Of a stretch of 64,000 nucleotides of DNA, positions 38,969-48,893 are shown in pieces. The DNA is from Muribaculaceae bacterium (GTDB lineage: Bacteria > Bacteroidota > Bacteroidia > Bacteroidales > Muribaculaceae). The DNA lies in assembly GCA_017548365.1 (NCBI GenBank), contig JAFZAC010000031.1, positions 5,248-69,247 of the forward strand, read 5' to 3'. Numbering within the stretch: position 1 is the first letter of the stretch; each line of letters opens with the position of its first letter. The translations under genes were made by a program, and so were the position numbers. Under the pieces are notes generated by a model that saw nothing but the letters and a program-made list of their open reading frames with translations, had not been told where the DNA came from and ran no database searches.

Positions 38969-39811
38969 ATGATTTTAATTGCTGACTGCGGCTCCACCAA
39001 GATTGACTGGTGTCTGCTTAACGGAAAAAAGAAAGTAGCGCAAATCTTCACTACCGGCATGAACGCTCTGCTCATGACCGAAGAGGAGATGGCCGAGTGC
39101 ATCATGACCGAACTCATGCCCAGCCTTCAAGGCTATGAGGTAACCGAGATTTTCTACTATGGTGCAGGAATCATTAATGATGAGATTAAAAATCAGGTAA
39201 TTAATGCGCTCAAGCGCAATATGCCAAACGTGACCAAAGTTGAGGTCGATAGCGACCTCCTGGCTGCTGCCAGAGCATTGTGCCAGTACGAGCCTGGAAT
39301 CGCATGCATTCTGGGCACCGGCAGCAACAGCTGCTATTACGACGGCGAAAAAGTCGTTGACAATGTTTCACCACTGGGCTATATTTTAGGTGATGAAGGT
39401 AGTGGTGCCGTTCTTGGCAAACTTCTTGTGGGCGATGTTCTCAAGAAGCAACTGCCAGAACATCTGTGCGAGAAGTTTCTCAAGGAGTACAACCTCGACC
39501 GCAACACCATTATCGACCGAGTGTATCGCAAACCAGCCGCCAACCGCTTCCTGGCGCAATTTGCTCCATTCCTGGAGCGCAATATCAATGAGCCTTCAAT
39601 ACGTGCCCTCGTTCTGCGTTCATTCACCGACTTCTTTGTTCGCAACGTGGCAAACTATCCTAAATACAAGGAACTTCCTTGCAATTTCGTAGGTTCAATC
39701 GCATTACTCCAGAAGGATGTACTTACCGAGGCTGCCAGCAAACTTGGCATCACAATTGGCAACATCATCCAAGCCCCAATGGAAGGACTTATAAAATATC
39801 ACTCTAAATAA
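38969..39811 (+). CDS. murK: N-acetylmuramic acid/N-acetylglucosamine kinase (BadF family)
   Basis: IADCGSTKIDW, FYYGAG, ILGTGSNS and LGDEGSG motifs; directly upstream of murQ. Confidence 0.75.
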   Translation: MILIADCGSTKIDWCLLNGKKKVAQIFTTGMNALLMTEEEMAECIMTELMPSLQGYEVTEIFYYGAGIINDEIKNQVINALKRNMPNVTKVEVDSDLLAAARALCQYEPGIACILGTGSNSCYYDGEKVVDNVSPLGYILGDEGSGAVLGKLLVGDVLKKQLPEHLCEKFLKEYNLDRNTIIDRVYRKPAANRFLAQFAPFLERNINEPSIRALVLRSFTDFFVRNVANYPKYKELPCNFVGSIALLQKDVLTEAASKLGITIGNIIQAPMEGLIKYHSK

Positions 39812-39874
39812 TGCACTATGCATTTGTGTCTAAAACTTAACACATTAAACTTATAACTTAACACTTACTAAGTT

Positions 39875-40696
39875 ATGGCATTTATTAAGATAAGCGAACA
39901 GCCCTCTCTCTACAACGACCTGGAGAAGAAGAGCGTGCATGAGCTCCTCACCGAGATCAACCAGGAAGACCACAAGGTCGCCGATGCTGTTCAAAAAGCT
40001 ATTCCTCAAATCGAAAAGCTTGTCACGGGCATCGTGGAGAGGATGAAGCGGGGAGGACGCATCTTCTACATGGGAGCCGGCACCAGTGGTAGGCTCGGTG
40101 TGCTCGATGCCAGCGAGATTCCTCCCACTTTTGGCATGGACCCAGGCTGGATCATTGGCTTGATTGCTGGTGGCGACTACGCCTTGCGCAACGCTGTGGA
40201 AAACGCCGAAGACGACGAGAAACAAGGATGGAAAGACTTGCAAGAGCACAACATCACTAGCAACGACACAGTGATTGGCATTGCGGCAAGCGGCACCACA
40301 CCTTATGTGATTGGCGCTTTGCGCGATGCTCGCGCTAATGGCTGTCTAACAGCTGCCATCACTAGCAACCCCGACGCCCCAATCAGCGAGGCCGCCGAAA
40401 TCCCCATCGAGATGATTGTTGGTCCTGAATATGTCACCGGCAGTAGCCGCATGAAGAGTGGCACGGGTCAAAAACTCATCTGCAATATGATTTCAACAAG
40501 TGTGATGATTCAGATGGGACGCGTGAAGGGCAACAAGATGGTGAACATGCAGCTCACCAACAAAAAACTCGTAGACCGCGGCACCCGCATGGTGGTCGAA
40601 GAGCTTAGGCTCTCTTACGATGAGGCCAAACGCCTGCTGCTCTTGCACGGCAGCGTTAAGAAAGCCTGCGATGCCTATCGCGGCATTACCGAATAA
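39875..40696 (+). CDS. murQ: N-acetylmuramic acid 6-phosphate etherase
   Basis: GAGTSGRLGVLDASE, AVENAED, ASGTTPY and GSSRMKSGT motifs. Confidence 0.96.
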   Translation: MAFIKISEQPSLYNDLEKKSVHELLTEINQEDHKVADAVQKAIPQIEKLVTGIVERMKRGGRIFYMGAGTSGRLGVLDASEIPPTFGMDPGWIIGLIAGGDYALRNAVENAEDDEKQGWKDLQEHNITSNDTVIGIAASGTTPYVIGALRDARANGCLTAAITSNPDAPISEAAEIPIEMIVGPEYVTGSSRMKSGTGQKLICNMISTSVMIQMGRVKGNKMVNMQLTNKKLVDRGTRMVVEELRLSYDEAKRLLLLHGSVKKACDAYRGITE

Positions 40697-40722
40697 CAAA
40701 ACATTAAAAAATTACCACAACT

Positions 40723-41394
40723 ATGAAACGTATCATTTTGACATTAATTGCTGTGGCAGCGGCTTGCATGGCGATTCAGGCACAACCACTCGAACGCACT
40801 GCGAACCAAGACAAGTACTATGTGCGTCGAGCTACACACTTCGACGACCTACCAGTATATCGCCACGACATCATCATGCTGGGCAATAGCCTAACCGATG
40901 GTGCCGAATGGAACGAGCTTTTCAACAATCCACACATAAAAAACCGTGGCATCATTGGCGATATCGTTCAAGGTCTCTATGAGCGCATGGAGCCAATTCT
41001 CAAGGGTAAGCCACGCAAAATCTTCATTCTGAGCGGTGTCAATGACGTTTCGCACGGCGTTGACGGCGACAGCATTGGACGAGCTATGGAGAAGCTAATC
41101 GTGCTAATCAAGAAGCGTTCGCCTAGGACTAAGATTTATCTCCAGTCGATGCTACCGTTCAACACCGACGTGCAGATGTGGAAACTGCTCGTTGGCCGTG
41201 AGCAAGTGGTCATTGACGGCAACCGCGCCATGGAGGAAGTTTGCAAGCGCCAAGGCGTGACGTGGATAAACCTCTACCCTCTCTTCGTTGACGAGAACGG
41301 CAAGCTGCGCGAGGACCTCACCAACGATGGTCTGCACTTGCTGGGACCAGGCTACCTGATATGGCGCGATGCCATAAAGAAATATATGAAGTAG
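40723..41394 (+). CDS. Exported SGNH/GDSL esterase
   Basis: Signal peptide; blocks GNSLT, NRGIIG, GVND and DGLH. Confidence 0.85.
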   Translation: MKRIILTLIAVAAACMAIQAQPLERTANQDKYYVRRATHFDDLPVYRHDIIMLGNSLTDGAEWNELFNNPHIKNRGIIGDIVQGLYERMEPILKGKPRKIFILSGVNDVSHGVDGDSIGRAMEKLIVLIKKRSPRTKIYLQSMLPFNTDVQMWKLLVGREQVVIDGNRAMEEVCKRQGVTWINLYPLFVDENGKLREDLTNDGLHLLGPGYLIWRDAIKKYMK

Positions 41395-41463
41395 CCCATA
41401 CTTTCTATAGCCAATCTTATATTAATTTTAAAAAGCAACATAACAAACATAAAACAAGAAACA

Positions 41464-42651
41464 ATGTCTAAGAAAATTACCGAAAAAGTGACTTGGGTGG
41501 GTAAAGTTGACTGGGAACTCACTCATTTCCATGGCGATGAATTATCGACCTTCAAGGGGTCAAGCTATAATTCCTATCTTATCAAAGACAAGAAGACGGT
41601 GCTTATCGACACTGTGTGGGGACCTTATGACCGTGAATTTGTGGCTCGCCTCAAGGAGATTGTGGACCTCAAGACCATCGACGCCATCATCATGCAGCAC
41701 AACGAGTGCGACCACAGCGGTGCGCTGCCCGAGCTGTTGCGCGAGATTCCCGATGTGCCCATCTACTGCACTGCCAAGGGAAAGGCAATAATTCAAGGCC
41801 ACTACCATCAGGACTGGAACTTCGTGACCGTAAAGACTGGCGACAAGCTCGAGATTGGCGGCTCTACACTCACCTTTATCGAGGCTCCCATGCTGCACTG
41901 GCCCGACACAATGTTCACCTATATGGACGGCGAGAACATCCTGTTCTCCAACGACGGCTTTGGACAGCACTACGCTACTGAGTCCCTCTACGACGACCGC
42001 GTTGACATGGCCGAGATGCTCTATGAGGCAAAGAAATACTATGCCAATATCCTCGCACCGTTCAGCATGATGGTGACACGCAAGCTCAACGAGATTCTCG
42101 CCATGAATCTGCCATTGAACCTTGTTTGTCCAAGCCATGGTGTGATTTGGCGCAAAAATATCAACCTCATTATTGAGAAATACCAACAATGGGCAGCCAA
42201 CTACCAGGAGAACAAGATTACTATCGTCTACGACACCATGTGGAACAGCACCCGCATCATGGCGCAAGAGATAGTACGTGGCATTCAGGAAGTTGACCCA
42301 GAAGTTGAGGTAAAGATTTACAATGCTGCTCATGAGGACAAGAACGATGTTCTCACCGAGATTTTCGCGTCAAAAGCTGTGCTTGTAGGCTCGCCAACCA
42401 TCAACAACGGTTTGGCTCACGCCGTTACAGGTTTGCTTGAGATGGCAAAGGGAATGAAACTCAAAAACAAGAAAGCTGCAGCTTTCGGAAGCTACGGATG
42501 GAGCGGCGAAGGTATTAAGCTTCTTAGCGGTCTGCTCAGTGGCTGTGGCTTTGAGCTTATTAACGACGGCATCCGCATCCAGTGGGTTCCCGACCAGGCT
42601 GCAATCGAGCAATGCCGCGAATATGGTCGCGAGCTCGCTAAGGCGCTGTGA
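41464..42651 (+). CDS. fprA: Flavodiiron protein (FprA/NorV-type O2/NO reductase)
   Basis: HNECDH, HWPD, SNDGFGQH and PSHG diiron ligands plus a flavodoxin domain (YDTMWNST, FGSYGWSG). Confidence 0.93.
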   Translation: MSKKITEKVTWVGKVDWELTHFHGDELSTFKGSSYNSYLIKDKKTVLIDTVWGPYDREFVARLKEIVDLKTIDAIIMQHNECDHSGALPELLREIPDVPIYCTAKGKAIIQGHYHQDWNFVTVKTGDKLEIGGSTLTFIEAPMLHWPDTMFTYMDGENILFSNDGFGQHYATESLYDDRVDMAEMLYEAKKYYANILAPFSMMVTRKLNEILAMNLPLNLVCPSHGVIWRKNINLIIEKYQQWAANYQENKITIVYDTMWNSTRIMAQEIVRGIQEVDPEVEVKIYNAAHEDKNDVLTEIFASKAVLVGSPTINNGLAHAVTGLLEMAKGMKLKNKKAAAFGSYGWSGEGIKLLSGLLSGCGFELINDGIRIQWVPDQAAIEQCREYGRELAKAL

Positions 42652-42679
42652 CTAAGCTAACTGAAAACGACATTAGTAT

Positions 42680-42724
42680 AAATGCTCTCGTTCATTGCCG
42701 TTAAGGTAAAGAACGAGAGTATTT
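42680..42724 (+). terminator. Terminator-like hairpin after fprA
   Basis: AAATGCTCTCGTTC...GAACGAGAGTATTT, 14 bp with one G-T pair. Confidence 0.6.
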
Positions 42725-42895
42725 CGTTGGTCATTATTAAATTCATTTATGAAGGGTTGGTTTATATAGATTACAGAGAATAATTTGGTTGAAAGGTTGT
42801 GAGGACATTTTTTTTGTCCATTTTTTGGAAATACCACAACATTTTTCTATTTTTACAAGCTGAAAAAGTTTTGTGACCAAAAAACTGCAAATACT

Positions 42896-44476
42896 ATGGA
42901 CTTGTTACTACCTAATAAAATAAACGGAAAGAAGGGCGAGATCCTGAGGGAGGCTCGACAGGTGACCATCATTGGTGCCAACGGTGCCGGAAAGACACGT
43001 TTCTGCAACAAGCTCGTGGAACAGTGTGGCGAGTTGGCGTTCCGCATTTCGGCATTGAGAGCGCTCTTTCCTGTAGAACATAAGGAACAGCAGTTTAAAG
43101 GCTCGATAAGCGAGCGCTTTGACAAACTCAACCAGAACATGCAGCAAGTTGTCAATACCGCCAAGAGCGAGTTTGACAAACTCACCTATGTGATGATGGT
43201 TGATGAGTTCCGCAGCTTGATGAATTTCAAGGCCCATCAATTGATGAAAGAGGACATGGAATTCCCCAAGACCAAGCTCGACAAGGTAGTGAAGATGTGG
43301 CAAGAGGTGTTCCCCAAGAACAAGATTCTGCGAGAGAACGGTAGACTGCTTTTCACCACCGAAGGCCAAAGCGACAAGTATTCGTCATTGCGCCTTAGCG
43401 ATGGTGAGAAAGCTGTGCTCTACTATCTTGGCGCCGTGCTTTATGCCATGGATGATGCCGTGATTTTTGTCGACGACCCCGAGACCTTCATCCATCCATC
43501 AATCATGCAGACCTTGTGGAACGTGATTGAGGAAATGCGTCCCGACTGCACTTTCGTCTACAGCACTCATGACGTGGATTTTGCCAACTCACGCATCGAC
43601 AACAAGTGCATTTGGGTCAAGGACTTCAACCCTGAGCAACTCACTTGGGACTATGAGGTACTGCAGTCGAGCAGTAACCTGAGCGACAACCTTTACATCG
43701 ACTTACTGGGCACTCGCAAACCTGTCCTCTTTGTCGAGGGCGACGAGGAACACAGCATCGACTCAAGGCTATATGCTCTGATATTTCCCGAGTATACCAT
43801 CAAGCCATTAGGTAGCTGCAACAAGGTGATTGAGAGCGTGCGCTCGTTTAACGGACTTGAAGGCCTTCACCATCTCGACAGCTGGGGTATCGTTGACCGT
43901 GACCGACGCGACGAGAAGGAGGTAGAATACCTGCGCAAGAAGAAAATTCTTGTACCCGAAGTTGCCGAGATTGAGAACATCCTCATGCTCGAGGGCGTGA
44001 TACGTGCCGTAGCTCGACATCGCCACAAGAACGAAGACGATGTTTTCAACAGCGCCAGCCGTTCAGTGATCAAGAATTTCGACAATGAGATAAAACAACA
44101 GGCGCTCATGCACACTCGCCACCGTGTAAAACACGACGTTGAGATGCGAGTCGACATGAAGTTCCGCAACATAGGCGCACTTGAGGATCACATGATAGAC
44201 CTCGTGAACGAGATTAACCCTCGCGGCATCTACGAGATGCTGTGTCGCGAGTTCCATGTCTATGTCCAAAAAAAGGATTACGCCAAGGTTCTCAAAGTCT
44301 ACAACCAGAAACTAATGCTCACCCAGAGCGGTGTAGCGGGGCTATGTGGTCTCAAGAGCCGCGAAGATTATGTGAAGACTGTGCTCAAAATACTGAAAGG
44401 CAACGGCCGTGACGCCAATGCCATACGCAAAGCCATCAAGGTTTGCTTCGGTCTAGAGGATACTGCAACCGATTAG
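42896..44476 (+). CDS. ABC-type AAA ATPase fused to a DUF4435/TOPRIM-like domain
   Basis: Walker A GANGAGKT, signature LSDGE, Walker B IFVDDPE, H-loop STHD; TOPRIM-like LFVEG...D and GIVDRD. Confidence 0.78.
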   Translation: MDLLLPNKINGKKGEILREARQVTIIGANGAGKTRFCNKLVEQCGELAFRISALRALFPVEHKEQQFKGSISERFDKLNQNMQQVVNTAKSEFDKLTYVMMVDEFRSLMNFKAHQLMKEDMEFPKTKLDKVVKMWQEVFPKNKILRENGRLLFTTEGQSDKYSSLRLSDGEKAVLYYLGAVLYAMDDAVIFVDDPETFIHPSIMQTLWNVIEEMRPDCTFVYSTHDVDFANSRIDNKCIWVKDFNPEQLTWDYEVLQSSSNLSDNLYIDLLGTRKPVLFVEGDEEHSIDSRLYALIFPEYTIKPLGSCNKVIESVRSFNGLEGLHHLDSWGIVDRDRRDEKEVEYLRKKKILVPEVAEIENILMLEGVIRAVARHRHKNEDDVFNSASRSVIKNFDNEIKQQALMHTRHRVKHDVEMRVDMKFRNIGALEDHMIDLVNEINPRGIYEMLCREFHVYVQKKDYAKVLKVYNQKLMLTQSGVAGLCGLKSREDYVKTVLKILKGNGRDANAIRKAIKVCFGLEDTATD

Positions 44477-44509
44477 TGTCGTTTTATTTATCACAAGAAC
44501 TAAAACAAA

Positions 44510-44536
44510 AGTGACCTGCATTTGATGCAAGTCACT
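44510..44536. terminator. Bidirectional terminator between convergent genes
   Basis: AGTGACCTGCA-tttga-TGCAAGTCACT. Confidence 0.6.
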
Positions 44537-44593
44537 CTTGTTATATACCCGTTTTTAAAAAACTTACTCGTATTACAGCATGTAGTGCATGTA

Positions 44594-45256
44594 TTATAAT
44601 TGTTCTGTTATAACATTCTTAGACTCTTTCTTGATGAGCTCTTCCTCATTACTCTTGAGCAACTTCTCGCTCTCGGCAATCATCTCCTCGGCAACTGTTG
44701 CTGCGGGATTAGCCTTGATAATGCGGCAAGCATTGCGATAGCGAACACGATAGTAGCTCTCGGTTGAATGACTCTCGGTAATACCACGACTACAAGATGC
44801 ATGGATAAATGAGAAGTCCTGTCCATTGCCGTCAACTGCTGTCACGATTCCCACATGGCCAATAGCAGGGCCACCACCACGACCAGCAAAGAAAACCAAG
44901 TCGCCTGGCTTGAGATTGCAGCGCTCTACTCTTTCACCATCTGCAAATTGAGCACGACCGGTGCGTGGAATTGAATAACCCATGTTTCTATAAACATAGC
45001 TTGTGAATCCCGAGCAGTCAAATCCCTTGGGAGAAGTGCCACCATAACGGTAAGGTACTCCACGGAAACGACGTGCAAAAGAAAGAAGATTGTTGATTTG
45101 AAGCTCTACATCGGCTTCGCTGTTTACAAGATTAGAGAGAGTGTTGTTTATGCTTTTTGATGGAGTGGGTTCAGGGTTTCCTGCATTTGCACTAAAAAGT
45201 GCCGCAGATGCAATAAATAATAATGTGTAAATAGTTGTTCTAAAAAATAACTTCAT
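44594..45256 (-). CDS. NlpC/P60 family cell-wall peptidase
   Basis: Signal peptide; PYRYGG, GFDCSG, PGDLVFF, GHVGI and FIHAS motifs. Confidence 0.92.
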   Translation of the reverse strand: MKLFFRTTIYTLLFIASAALFSANAGNPEPTPSKSINNTLSNLVNSEADVELQINNLLSFARRFRGVPYRYGGTSPKGFDCSGFTSYVYRNMGYSIPRTGRAQFADGERVERCNLKPGDLVFFAGRGGGPAIGHVGIVTAVDGNGQDFSFIHASCSRGITESHSTESYYRVRYRNACRIIKANPAATVAEEMIAESEKLLKSNEEELIKKESKNVITEQL

Positions 45257-45566
45257 ACTCTTTTTATTTGAGTTAATAATCCGACTTCAATGCGTGTAAC
45301 CAAATACACAATCTGAGCCGCTATTTGTTTTTGACATTGCAAAGGTAGGGAGATTGCCACAACTGGGCAACCTCCCTAAACGTTCTTAAACATTTACTTT
45401 TGTAAACGATTTTGAAACCCTATTTCTCTTACTCACCTTTGCCGCTAAGGGCAGAAGACGTTTTGTTTTTTAAACTTCGTTACGTCAAAAATGAAATAAA
45501 AAACATTTTTTAACTTAAAATGGCATCTCTTGACACCCCTAAAAGCGGTATTCCGCACATTAATTG

Positions 45567-45591
45567 CAGTCATCAAAAATATTGATGACTG
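45567..45591 (-). terminator. Hairpin directly after the creD stop
   Basis: Perfect 10-bp IR CAGTCATCAA / TTGATGACTG. Confidence 0.6.
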
Positions 45592-45595
45592 GTGT

Positions 45596-47140
45596 TTAGA
45601 CAACATCTTCAGTCTTGAGTTTCAGAGAATAGTACATTATTGCCGAGAGAACAACGAAGAGTCCTAAACTACCTGCCAGCAGGGCATAAGACTCAAGGTT
45701 GAGCAGCACGAAAATATAAGCATAGACAATAGTCAGCATTGCTCCAATAGCGAGTGCCATTTTCTTGCTTTTGAGTATGCCTAAGAGATATAGCGTAATC
45801 ATCACAATTGTCATAGCAGCTGCGATGAGATAGGCCCATCCAAATGCCATGTGCTCGCTTATTGACAGCAGCAATGAATAGAATAGCACAAGAGCCAGTC
45901 CCACCAGCAGATACTGGAAGACGTTAATGTAACGCTGCATCTTTATCTCAACAAAGAGCACAGCAATAAATGTGAGCACAATCACAAGGAAGGCATACTT
46001 GATAGCACGCTCAACCTTCTGGAAGCTGTCGACAGGTACCATCAACCCTACTTGCACTTGTGACTTGCCCAGGTCGTAGCTGCGGTCATCGATAAATGCT
46101 TGAGGATAGGTTCGGTTAATGCTGATAATATTCCACGACGCGGTAAAACCGTTATCGGTAACCTTGCGCTCATCAGGCAGGAAATTTCCTCCAAAGCTTG
46201 GTTTGGGACAATCTCCCTTTATATTTATATGTGTGGTCTCACCAATAGGAGTAAAATTGAGATTGTCACTACCCTTCAAATCAAGATGCATCTTGAAAGG
46301 AATGGTGTCGAGCGATGACATGGAACTGATGTCAAGGCTTGCCTTGGCTACTGGTCCACCATTCTTGTCGAACATGTCATCATAAGGAACAGCGGCTTCT
46401 TCAACTGCCATTTCTTCTGATGCGCCAATGCTCAAATCTACAGCATCGGCATCATCGACACTGGAGCTGTATTCATAGTCATCTTCCCCGTGAAGATTCC
46501 CATCCTTGCCGCCGTCGTTCACATCTATTGTGTTGCCGTTCAAGTCAAGAACCAACTTCTTCGAAATACCTCTCAGATCGGTGATTCCCACTTCAATGAA
46601 GGCTTTGTCGAGTTGCAGCATAGTTGAGTCTATCTCGCTTGGCAGCAACCCTTTGATGGCGAATGTTCCCGAGAAGTCTATGCCGGTATTATAAACCACT
46701 GTCTCATAGATGCTGCGGTAGAGAGTCTTACTCTTCACATCGGCATTTATGTCAAGCTTCTTGGGCAAGATATACACCATGTGACGCTGATCGTTCGAGT
46801 CTTTCTTATTCTTAGTAACATAAGGTATGGCAATTACCGGACCTGTAACATGCTGTGGCAGTCCCCATTTTTCAGAGATTTCTCGCTGAGCCTCTGCAGC
46901 AGTTGCCTGCCTGTCGCTACTCAACGAGTCAATCATTAAAGTGGGAATGAGCAACAGTAATGATAAGAGAACAATGAATCCAACCTTGAAACCCAAAGTG
47001 TGAGTAAACGGCTTTGAGCGTTTAGGTTTGGGGGCTGGGGGCTGAACTATTGGCACCCCGGGAGCCGAAGCCTGAGAAGGCTGCATAACGTTTTGCTGGG
47101 GGAATGGAGGCATGTCGCCTGGTGTGTTGAGTGTTTCCAT
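45596..47140 (-). CDS. creD: Inner membrane protein CreD
   Basis: GPVIAIPY, RSIYETVVY, GITDLRGI, ERAIKYA, YLLVGLAL and LLLSISEH motifs; C-terminal TM bundle. Confidence 0.9.
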   Translation of the reverse strand: METLNTPGDMPPFPQQNVMQPSQASAPGVPIVQPPAPKPKRSKPFTHTLGFKVGFIVLLSLLLLIPTLMIDSLSSDRQATAAEAQREISEKWGLPQHVTGPVIAIPYVTKNKKDSNDQRHMVYILPKKLDINADVKSKTLYRSIYETVVYNTGIDFSGTFAIKGLLPSEIDSTMLQLDKAFIEVGITDLRGISKKLVLDLNGNTIDVNDGGKDGNLHGEDDYEYSSSVDDADAVDLSIGASEEMAVEEAAVPYDDMFDKNGGPVAKASLDISSMSSLDTIPFKMHLDLKGSDNLNFTPIGETTHINIKGDCPKPSFGGNFLPDERKVTDNGFTASWNIISINRTYPQAFIDDRSYDLGKSQVQVGLMVPVDSFQKVERAIKYAFLVIVLTFIAVLFVEIKMQRYINVFQYLLVGLALVLFYSLLLSISEHMAFGWAYLIAAAMTIVMITLYLLGILKSKKMALAIGAMLTIVYAYIFVLLNLESYALLAGSLGLFVVLSAIMYYSLKLKTEDVV

Positions 47141-47369
47141 AATCTGATTATCTATAAAAGTTAGGTTTTTGACTTTAAAACGATAATTGCCAGTCTTTTA
47201 TTTTACTGCCATTAGTTAAGCTTGGTTAATGTGGCAAATACCTGGCTGATGCACTATTGTGACAATTCTAATTGCCACACATTGTTGTGATAAATATAGT
47301 ACAAACTGCTCGTCCCACCAATGAGAGAGCTTATCTTATCGAAATATAATTGGATTGCTTGCTGTACTG

Positions 47370-48893
47370 TTATAAGCGCTTGATATCGATGACAGCAGGA
47401 CCAAGGTTGTCGATGATGTCACTTGCTATGACGCTGCGCTCACCAACCTTGGCAGCAGCCAAGTCACCTGAATGTCCATGTATATACACGCCCATCCACA
47501 CACTGTCGTCGGGACTGAAACCCTGCGCTATCAATCCAGATATCACTCCCGTGAGCACATCGCCACTTCCGGCAGTCGCCATTCCAGGATTGCCGCTGCT
47601 ATTAATATAGACCTTTCCGTCAGGACGAACAATCATTGTGTAGTGCCCCTTGAGCACTATGGTGATATTGTAGGTCTTAGACGCATTGATAGCACGCTTG
47701 AAACGCTCCTCGTCGGTAGTTATATTCTTATTACAGAAGAGACGGTCAAACTCGCCTGTGTGAGGAGTGATAACCGAGCCCTTTGGAATGCTCCTGAGCA
47801 GCATAGGTCTTGCCGCGATGCCGTTAAGAGCGTCGGCATCAAGCAAACAAGGCTTGTTATAGTTCTTCAAAAAGTGGTCGAGAGCGTCGATAGTCTCATC
47901 GCTGGTACCCATGCCAGGACCCAGAGCTATCACGCTGCAACGGTGCTTCACGTTGATGCTTGTTGTGCATATATCACTGCTATCGGGCTCAAAAAGTGCC
48001 TCGGGGCAGGATGTCTGCATGATAGTGTTGGCACTTGCAGGACCATGAACCTTGACAAGTCCGGTGCCTATGCGCAGCGCACCCCTACACGCAAGGATTG
48101 CAGCACCCATCATGCCATAACTGCCAGCAATCAGGTATAGAGTGCCGTTGTCATATTTGTTGATAAACGGGTCAAGGTCTTGAAGCTTCTCTCGTACATC
48201 CTCTTTTTCTATAAGATAGTAGTCAGAAGGTGTGGATGCCACTGCTTGAGAATCTAAGTCAATGTCGAGCACAACACATTGCCCTATGAACTCGGCATTC
48301 TCGCTGAAGAAGAAAGACAATCGTTTCGCTCCAAATGTGAAGGTGAGGTCGGCACGTATTATATTGCGTCGGTCACTGCCTTCGTTCCACTCGCAGAACA
48401 ATCCCGAAGGCATGTCAATTGAAACAATGAAAGCATCGCTGTTGTTGATATACTGAACAAGCGAGGTGTAACCGCCCTTGAGTGGACTGTGAAGACCAGA
48501 GCCAAACAAGCCGTCAATAACCACGTCGTCGGCCCCCAACTCGGGAGGTGTGAAATTGTCGACAATCTCGGTGAAGTCGATATCGCCCATGTCCAACAGA
48601 CGCTGACGGTTGGCCTCACAACACTCACTCAGGTGAGACGACCGAATATTAAAAAGGAATACTTCGGGACGATAGCCCTGCTCATAGAGCATTCGAGCCA
48701 CTGCCAGTGCGTCACCTCCATTGTTGCCTGGTCCAGCAAAAATCACCATGCGCTTCGATGCGCGCCAGCGTGAGATTATCTCAAATGCCACAGCCGAAGC
48801 CGCCCTCTCCATAAGGTCGAGCTCTGAGATTCCCTCGGCAGCTATTGTCTCACGATCAATTTTTCTTATTGCCTCGTTGGTAAATATTTTCAT
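47370..48893 (-). CDS. nnr: Bifunctional NAD(P)H-hydrate epimerase/dehydratase
   Basis: LMERAA, GNNGGD, DGLFGSG, IDMPSG, GPGMG, DADAL, TPHTGEF and MATAGSGDVL motifs. Confidence 0.93.
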   Translation of the reverse strand: MKIFTNEAIRKIDRETIAAEGISELDLMERAASAVAFEIISRWRASKRMVIFAGPGNNGGDALAVARMLYEQGYRPEVFLFNIRSSHLSECCEANRQRLLDMGDIDFTEIVDNFTPPELGADDVVIDGLFGSGLHSPLKGGYTSLVQYINNSDAFIVSIDMPSGLFCEWNEGSDRRNIIRADLTFTFGAKRLSFFFSENAEFIGQCVVLDIDLDSQAVASTPSDYYLIEKEDVREKLQDLDPFINKYDNGTLYLIAGSYGMMGAAILACRGALRIGTGLVKVHGPASANTIMQTSCPEALFEPDSSDICTTSINVKHRCSVIALGPGMGTSDETIDALDHFLKNYNKPCLLDADALNGIAARPMLLRSIPKGSVITPHTGEFDRLFCNKNITTDEERFKRAINASKTYNITIVLKGHYTMIVRPDGKVYINSSGNPGMATAGSGDVLTGVISGLIAQGFSPDDSVWMGVYIHGHSGDLAAAKVGERSVIASDIIDNLGPAVIDIKRL

